Origin: Spirochaetia bacterium
GTDB lineage: Bacteria; Spirochaetota; Spirochaetia; CADAEX01
NCBI GenBank assembly: GCA_045606105.1
Contig: JAZURI010000010.1
Coordinates: forward strand, 64,001-128,000
Length of the DNA: 64,000 nucleotides
Direction: 5' to 3'
The position numbers and the translations under genes are program-made. Position 1 is the stretch's first letter. Each line of letters begins with the position of its first letter. Positions 58,149 to 64,000 of this stretch are shown piece after piece. The notes under the pieces are model-generated. The model saw nothing but the letters and a program-made list of their open reading frames with translations, made no database searches and was not told the origin of the DNA.

Positions 58149-58553
58149 ATGAAGGATATACTTTTTATCATCGGTTCCGAGTCTGACAAGGCTGCAGTTG
58201 AACCGGGAATGAACCTTATTGCTGAAAAGAACATGACAGGAGACCTGGTGGTATATTCTGCCCACAGACATCTTCCTGAGCTTACAGAGTTTCTTAAGGA
58301 ACATGAGGATGAATACAAGATCATCATTACAGCCGCAGGACTTTCAGCCGCCCTTCCGGGTGTGGTTGCAGCCCTTTCAAAGAAGCCTGTAATCGGAATC
58401 CCGCTGGTGGCAGGTGCCCTCAACGGAATCGATGCTCTCCTTTCAATTCTCCAGCTGCCAAAGGGAATTCCTGTGGCAACCATGGGAATCGGCAAGCAGG
58501 GTGTCCTTAACGCAGTTCACCTGGCAGAGCGTATTATCAGGAATTTTGCCTGA
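58149..58553 (+). CDS. purE: AIR carboxylase/N5-CAIR mutase family protein (short)
   Basis: GSESD, SAHR, ALPG, PVIGIP, DALLS and PKGIPVAT. Confidence 0.93.
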   Translation: MKDILFIIGSESDKAAVEPGMNLIAEKNMTGDLVVYSAHRHLPELTEFLKEHEDEYKIIITAAGLSAALPGVVAALSKKPVIGIPLVAGALNGIDALLSILQLPKGIPVATMGIGKQGVLNAVHLAERIIRNFA

Positions 58554-59259
58554 CAGCCTCATACATCAATATTCCGGCCGCCACGGAGACATTGAACGAA
58601 TCCACATGTCCCTGTGCCGGAATTGAGATGATACCGTCACTTTTTTCAATCAGTATATTTGAAACTCCGGCCCCTTCGCTGCCCATGATGATGGCAGTTT
58701 TTCCCTTCAGGTTAAGCTTGTAGCAGGGGGTATCATCCATATCGGCCGCATAAACCCAGTAGCCGGCTTCCTTAAGCATATCCACCGATCTTGAAAGGTT
58801 TTCCACAGCCACGGATACGAACTCCCTGGCACCGGCAGAGGTCTTGCCTATGATCTCACTGTCCTTGGCGGACCGTCTTGAAGGAATGATGACAAGATCG
58901 ACACCGAACTGGTCTGCAGACCTGAGTATGGCACCATAATTGTGGGGATCTGTGATTCCGTCCAGAAGAAGAACCAGGGAACTTTCCTTATTAAGCGATT
59001 TCAGAAATGTCTTGAGTGTGATGTTGCGGAGATCGGAATCGCGGCTTTCCACAGCCAGCATTATTCCCCGATGATCTTCTGTTCCCGAAAGCTTTCTTAT
59101 TTCCTCGTCCGAGGTCTTTACACACCTGATTCCGGCCCGGGCGGCCTCTTTTTCGATCTTCTGGTGTCTGCTTCCGGATTTTGATACATAAAGCCTGCCC
59201 CTGCTGTTTCCGGCCCGGACAGCCTCCTCTATTGCGTGGAAACCGGTAATGTATTCCAT
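58537..59259 (-). CDS. rlmB: 23S rRNA 2'-O-methyltransferase, TrmH/RlmB family
   Basis: LDGITDPHNYGAILRS, KTSAGA, GSEGAG and SFNVSVA. Confidence 0.92.
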   Translation of the reverse strand: MEYITGFHAIEEAVRAGNSRGRLYVSKSGSRHQKIEKEAARAGIRCVKTSDEEIRKLSGTEDHRGIMLAVESRDSDLRNITLKTFLKSLNKESSLVLLLDGITDPHNYGAILRSADQFGVDLVIIPSRRSAKDSEIIGKTSAGAREFVSVAVENLSRSVDMLKEAGYWVYAADMDDTPCYKLNLKGKTAIIMGSEGAGVSNILIEKSDGIISIPAQGHVDSFNVSVAAGILMYEAVRQNS

Positions 59260-59264
59260 TTTTT

Positions 59265-59462
59265 TCAGTCGGCTTTCTTCAGGTCGGCAATGATATCGGC
59301 CATTTTACCGACAAATTCATCCCATTCTTCTTCCTTGAAGTTGATACCCTGCTTTCCCGGCTTTTCAACGCCGTCCTCTTCATACCATCTTCTGACAGAG
59401 ATGTAATTCTTGCCTCTGAATTCCTGCATCTGTACCTTGATGTCTTTTCCGATACTAATCAT
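59265..59462 (-). CDS. PC4/YdbC-family ssDNA-binding protein
   Basis: EFRGKNYISVRRWY...KPGKQGI...EEW PC4 signature, with an AGGAG RBS. Confidence 0.85.
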   Translation of the reverse strand: MISIGKDIKVQMQEFRGKNYISVRRWYEEDGVEKPGKQGINFKEEEWDEFVGKMADIIADLKKAD

Positions 59463-59604
59463 CTTAACTCCTGGGCTATTATAACATATATATATAAAAA
59501 ATAAAACTAAAAATTTTATTATTTAAATAAATATTGACTGAATAATTGTTTAGGTCTATTATTTTCTAAATATTAAATAAATATTCTTTTAAGAGGAGAA
59601 AAGA

Positions 59605-60942
59605 ATGTATAATTTAGACGAATTTATGGCAGAATTGGAAAGAAAGAATCCTGCTCAGCCTGAGTTTATCCAGGCTGCAAGAGAAGTTGTGGCTTCAGTT
59701 ATCGATATTGTTAACGGAACACCTAAATACCTTAACAACAAGATTCTCGACAGAATCATCGAACCTGAAAGAATTATCCAGTTCAAGGTTGAATGGGAAG
59801 ATGACAACCACCAGATTCAGGTTAACCGCGGTTACAGAGTTCAGTTCAACAGCGCTATCGGACCTTACAAGGGCGGTATCAGATTCAATAAGAACGTAAC
59901 AATCGGAACACTTAAATTCCTCGGTTTCGAGCAGATTTTCAAGAACAGCCTTACAACACTCCCAATGGGTGGCGGTAAAGGTGGTGCAGACTTCGATCCT
60001 GTCGGAAAATCAGACAATGAAATTCTCCGTTTCTGCAGAAGCTTCATGACAGAGCTTCAGAAGCATATCGGACCAGATACAGACGTTCCGGCCGGAGACC
60101 TCGGTGTAGGCGGAAGAGAAATCGGTTTCATGTACGGACAGTACAAGAGAATCCGCCAGGAAAACACAGGTGTTCTCACAGGAAAGGGACAGACATGGGG
60201 TGGATCACTCATCAGACCTGAAGCTACAGGTTTCGGTGCTCTCTACTTCACAGACGAAGTTCTCAAGCTTAACAATGACTCACTTGCAGGAAAAAGATGC
60301 TCAGTTTCAGGTTTCGGAAACGTAGCATGGGGTGCAGTAATGAAGGCTACAGAGCTTGGTGCAAAGGTTGTTGCAATTTCCGGTCCGGACGGATATGTAG
60401 TGGACGAAGAAGGAATCAACACACCAGAAAAATTCAACTACATGCTTGAGCTCAGAGCTTCCAACAAGAACGTTGTAGAGCCTTATGCAGAAAAGTTCGG
60501 TGCAAAATTCTTCAAAGGAAAGAAAATCTGGGAGCTCCCTGTTGATATCGCATTCACAGCAGCACTTCAGAACGAGCTTAACGGCGATGATGCAGCTATG
60601 CTTATCAAGAACGGCGTAAAATATGTTATTGAAATCTCCAACATGGGTTGTACACCTGAAGCTATCGAAGCATTCCAGGAAGCAAAGATTCCTTTCTGCC
60701 CAGGAAAAGCAGCTAATGCCGGCGGTGTAGCAGTTTCCGGTCTCGAAATGAGCCAGAACGCAGGACACATCAAGTGGGAAGCAGAAGCAGTAGACAGCCA
60801 GCTCAAGACTATCATGAAGAACATCTTCGAAGCATGTGTACGCGAAGGAAAGCTTGCAGACGGTACAGTTGACTATGTTAAGGGTGCCAACATTGCAGGA
60901 TTCAAGAAAGTTGCAGATGCAATGGTAGAGCTCGGATACTGA
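59605..60942 (+). CDS. gdhA: NADP-specific glutamate dehydrogenase
   Basis: GPYKGG, MGGGKGG, DVPAGD, RPEATG and GKAANAGGV. Confidence 0.97.
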   Translation: MYNLDEFMAELERKNPAQPEFIQAAREVVASVIDIVNGTPKYLNNKILDRIIEPERIIQFKVEWEDDNHQIQVNRGYRVQFNSAIGPYKGGIRFNKNVTIGTLKFLGFEQIFKNSLTTLPMGGGKGGADFDPVGKSDNEILRFCRSFMTELQKHIGPDTDVPAGDLGVGGREIGFMYGQYKRIRQENTGVLTGKGQTWGGSLIRPEATGFGALYFTDEVLKLNNDSLAGKRCSVSGFGNVAWGAVMKATELGAKVVAISGPDGYVVDEEGINTPEKFNYMLELRASNKNVVEPYAEKFGAKFFKGKKIWELPVDIAFTAALQNELNGDDAAMLIKNGVKYVIEISNMGCTPEAIEAFQEAKIPFCPGKAANAGGVAVSGLEMSQNAGHIKWEAEAVDSQLKTIMKNIFEACVREGKLADGTVDYVKGANIAGFKKVADAMVELGY

Positions 60943-60968
60943 TCCGTTTCTAAAACTCCGAATAAGAT

Positions 60969-60998
60969 AAAAAAACCCCGCAGCCCGCGGGGTTTTTT
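60969..60998. terminator. Bidirectional intrinsic terminator
   Basis: AAAAAACCCCGC-AGCCC-GCGGGGTTTTTT between convergent genes. Confidence 0.88.
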
Positions 60999-61911
60999 AT
61001 TGCCTGTAAAGCCGGCCCTGGAACCGGTTTCCGGCTGTCATCTTCTTTTTTACAAGGTCGTAGATATTGCCCTTGGACATGTACTTTCTGGGAGCAGCCC
61101 GGTCTGCCTCGTAGGTATCGCAGGTCAGCCTCATGATAATCATATCCTCCGGCAGCATTTCGATGCAGCTGATAAGATATTCTATGTATTTTTCCCTGGA
61201 AGGAACAGTCAGCTCCCCTTTAAGGTACTCCCGGAAAAGAACCGTGTTGTAGGTGATGTTCAGGTCGTGGAACTTGACTCCGTCGGGCTTTATACTGCTG
61301 ACATATCTGACAGACTGCTCCATGTCTCCGAAATCCTCTCCTGGAAGGCCCAGAATGAGGTGTGTGGCGATTTTTACCCCTTTCTGACGTAAGATATCAA
61401 ACGCCCTCTCATAGTCGTCCCTGGTGTGTCCTCTGTTGATTCTGGCCAGGGTCCTGTCGTTGGCCGACTGCAGCCCCAGCTCCACCCATACATCGAAGCC
61501 CTCCTTTTTATAGGAGGCCAGCAGATCGGCCTTTTCCTCATCAATGCAGTCGGGTCTGGTGGCTACTATGAGCTCGCTGAAATCGCCCAGGGAAAGGGCA
61601 TGGTCATATATTTTCCTGAGGTTTTCAGGGGTGTCGTATGTGTTTGAGAAGGCCTGGAAATAGAGAAGGAATACTTCGGCTCCGTAGCGCCGCCTGGTAA
61701 AGGCCAGCCCTCTGGTTATCTGCTCCTCTGTCATGGAGGCCTTGTCCAGGTATGATGCCCTGGCCCCCTGGGAGCTGCAGTAGATACAGCCCGGGCTGCT
61801 TCTGTCGGAGCCCCGGTTAGGGCATGAGAAGCCGCCGTCCACCGCTATCCTGTAAGCTTTTTTTCCGTATTTTTCCCGCAGATAGGCGGAATATGAACGA
61901 AAGGGCTCCAT
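60997..61911 (-). CDS. Radical SAM protein, YhcC/TIGR01212-like
   Basis: DGGFSCPNR...GCIYC, YFQAFSNTY, TRPDC, ELGLQS and INRGH. Start at MEPFRS. Confidence 0.9.
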   Translation of the reverse strand: MEPFRSYSAYLREKYGKKAYRIAVDGGFSCPNRGSDRSSPGCIYCSSQGARASYLDKASMTEEQITRGLAFTRRRYGAEVFLLYFQAFSNTYDTPENLRKIYDHALSLGDFSELIVATRPDCIDEEKADLLASYKKEGFDVWVELGLQSANDRTLARINRGHTRDDYERAFDILRQKGVKIATHLILGLPGEDFGDMEQSVRYVSSIKPDGVKFHDLNITYNTVLFREYLKGELTVPSREKYIEYLISCIEMLPEDMIIMRLTCDTYEADRAAPRKYMSKGNIYDLVKKKMTAGNRFQGRLYRQ

Positions 61912-61915
61912 AGGC

Positions 61916-62842
61916 TTATTTTTCGTGCTGGATCCTGGTGATGTCGTACGGAGTTCCCTGATATACATAGTAGTTTATCCAGTTTCCGTAAAGGAGATGG
62001 GCGCTTGATCTCCAGGATGTAACAGGCTCTTTCTCCGGGTCATTGTCCGGAAAATAGTTTTCCGGGATATGGGGATTGATTCCTGCCTTCACATCCCTTA
62101 AATATTCCTTTTTCAGTGTATCGGCATCATATTCGGCATGTCCCAGAAGAAAGATCTGTCTTCCCTTTTCATCTGCAACGGCATATATTCCTGCCGATTT
62201 GGAGGAAGCCATGATCCTGAGTCCCGGTATCTTTTCCACAGCTTCCCTTTCAATGGTGGTATAGCGGGAATGCGGTACGGAGAAGGTATCGTCAAATCCG
62301 CGGAACAGCATGGTGTTTCTGCTTTCAAGGGTATGTCTGTAGATTCCGGAAAGCTTTTTCTCCATGGCCACCTTAGGTATTCCGTAGTGGTAATAGAGTC
62401 CGGCCTGCGCACCCCAGCAGATATGGAGGGTGGAGTAGACATGGGTCCTGCTCCATTTCATTATCTCGCAGAGCTCCGGCCAGTAATCCACATCCTCGAA
62501 AGCAAGATGTTCCACCGGTGCTCCCGTGATGATAAGCCCGTCATAAAAATTTTCCTTCACATCCTCAAAGGTCTTGTAGAAGGCCAGCATATGCTCTGCC
62601 GGCGTATTCTTTGAGTTATGGGCGGAAGGGGCAATAAGCTCCAGGTCTATCTGAAGCGGTGTATTTCCCAGCACTCTGGCAAACTGAGTTTCGGTATCGA
62701 TCTTTATAGGCATGAGATTGAGAAACAGCACCTTAAGCGGTCTGATATCCTGGGACTGAGCCCTGGTTTCAGTCATGAAGAAGATGTTTTCTCTTTCAAG
62801 TATACTTGCAGCCGGCAGCTTGTTGGGAATTTTTATTGGCAT
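61916..62842 (-). CDS. metA: Homoserine O-acyltransferase (MetA family, likely acetyl-specific)
   Basis: MPIKIP, LNLMP, ITGAPVE, ICWGAQA and GHAEYD. Confidence 0.96.
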   Translation of the reverse strand: MPIKIPNKLPAASILERENIFFMTETRAQSQDIRPLKVLFLNLMPIKIDTETQFARVLGNTPLQIDLELIAPSAHNSKNTPAEHMLAFYKTFEDVKENFYDGLIITGAPVEHLAFEDVDYWPELCEIMKWSRTHVYSTLHICWGAQAGLYYHYGIPKVAMEKKLSGIYRHTLESRNTMLFRGFDDTFSVPHSRYTTIEREAVEKIPGLRIMASSKSAGIYAVADEKGRQIFLLGHAEYDADTLKKEYLRDVKAGINPHIPENYFPDNDPEKEPVTSWRSSAHLLYGNWINYYVYQGTPYDITRIQHEK

Positions 62843-62854
62843 TTCAGTTCCTTA

Positions 62855-64000
62855 TCAGATAATTTCCAGACCTTTTTCCAGGTCCTCAATCAGATCGTCG
62901 ACATTTTCAAGTCCTACGGAAAGGCGTACGAGACCTGCAGGAATACCGGCTTCCTTAAGCTGTTCTTCTGTAAGCTGGCGATGTGTTGCGGATGCCGGAT
63001 TAAGACAGCATGTCCTTGCATCTGCCACGTGGGTCTCGATAGCTGTCATTTTCAGTGTCTTCATAAGAAGCTCTGCAGCCGGTTTCCCCCCTTTTACCTC
63101 GAAGGAGATGACACCGCAGGAACCGTTAGGAAGATATTTCTGAGCAAGCTTGTAGTACGGATCTGAAGGGAGTCCGCAGTAGTTTACTTTTTCAATCTTA
63201 GGATGCTTAACCAGGAATTCGGCTACAGCCTGTGCATTTGAACAGTGGCGAGGCATTCTTACATGGAGGCTTTCCAGGCCAAGATTAAGGTAGAATGCAT
63301 GCTGAGGAGACTGGATTGAACCGAAATCCCTCATGAGCTGAGCTGTACATTTTGTAATGAATGCACCTGCCTGACCGAATTTCTCTGCGTATGTGATTCC
63401 GTGATAGCTGTCGTCCGGTTTGCAGAGACCCGGGAACTTGTCTGCATGGGCAAGCCAGTCAAATTTTCCGGAGTCTACGATTGCTCCGCCTACTGCTACT
63501 CCGTGTCCGTCCATATACTTGGTTGTGGCATGGGTAACGATATCTGCTCCCCATTCGAAAGGACGGCAGTTGATAGGGGTAGGGAAGGTGTTGTCCACGA
63601 TAAGAGGAACACCGTTCTTGTGAGCAATGTTTGCCCAGCGTTCGATATCGAATACTGTCAGAGCCGGATTGGCAATGGTTTCTCCGAATACAGCCTTTGT
63701 GTTAGGCTTGAATGCAGCCTGGATCTCTTCGTCCGAAGCATCCGGTGAAATGAAAGTGAAATCGATTCCCATCTTGCGCATTGTAACATTGAAGAGGTTG
63801 AAGGTTCCTCCGTAGATGGATGCTGAGGAGATGATGTGGTCTCCGTTGTTGGCGATATTGAAAATGGCAAAGAAGTTGGCAGCCTGTCCGGAAGAGGTGA
63901 GCATTGCGGCTGTTCCCCCCTCGAGTTCGGCAATCTTTGCAGCTACATAGTCGTTTGTAGGATTCTGGAGGCGGGTATAGAAATAGCCTGAAGCTTCGAG
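62855..64000 (-). CDS. metY: O-acetylhomoserine sulfhydrylase (5' end outside the window)
   Basis: YFYTRLQNPT at the window edge, SSGQAA, DNTF, HATTKY PLP Lys and RLSVGLE. Adjacent to metA. Confidence 0.93.
   Translation of the reverse strand, partial: LEASGYFYTRLQNPTNDYVAAKIAELEGGTAAMLTSSGQAANFFAIFNIANNGDHIISSASIYGGTFNLFNVTMRKMGIDFTFISPDASDEEIQAAFKPNTKAVFGETIANPALTVFDIERWANIAHKNGVPLIVDNTFPTPINCRPFEWGADIVTHATTKYMDGHGVAVGGAIVDSGKFDWLAHADKFPGLCKPDDSYHGITYAEKFGQAGAFITKCTAQLMRDFGSIQSPQHAFYLNLGLESLHVRMPRHCSNAQAVAEFLVKHPKIEKVNYCGLPSDPYYKLAQKYLPNGSCGVISFEVKGGKPAAELLMKTLKMTAIETHVADARTCCLNPASATHRQLTEEQLKEAGIPAGLVRLSVGLENVDDLIEDLEKGLEII

Noticed and set aside
57216-58304. 362-aa minus-strand ORF antisense to purD/purE
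   Set aside because: Shadow ORF, probably a product of codon bias on the coding strand, with no domain signal.
1-64000. CRISPR arrays, tRNA/rRNA genes, IS elements, prophage or defence systems
   Set aside because: No repeat-spacer periodicity, RNA-gene signatures, transposase or integrase motifs were seen, and the intergenic gaps are short and mostly accounted for.

Overview
Chromosomal origin region of a bacterium that looks like a spirochaete. The clues are the L34 C-terminal extension CDEKKPY, TTTTCCACA-type DnaA boxes, CarD, and gyrBA divergent from dnaA-dnaN-recF-dciA-rpmH-rnpA-yidD-yidC-jag; the taxonomy is inferred, not searched. Bases 1-28.7 kb are a large, mostly minus-strand surface-glycan locus: rfbABCD, both Wzx/Wzy-type and Wzm/Wzt export genes, ugd, CDP-polyol synthesis, LicD and a cobalamin-binding radical SAM enzyme. 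Its most unusual part is a translationally coupled module: a second YidC-like domain fused to an LtaS/alkaline-phosphatase-superfamily domain, a TagF-like transferase with an N-terminal YIDPGTGS anchor, a compact PLP enzyme, and a LolCDE-like/LolA-like/beta-barrel export set. From 28.7 to 64 kb the content is housekeeping: metK, ahcY, wecA, rbgA, glnS, parAB with a perfect parS, gyrAB, a bipartite oriC candidate, purFMNDE, gdhA, metA and metY. No rRNA, tRNA, CRISPR array or mobile element was seen. All product calls come from motif recognition by eye; no database search was run.
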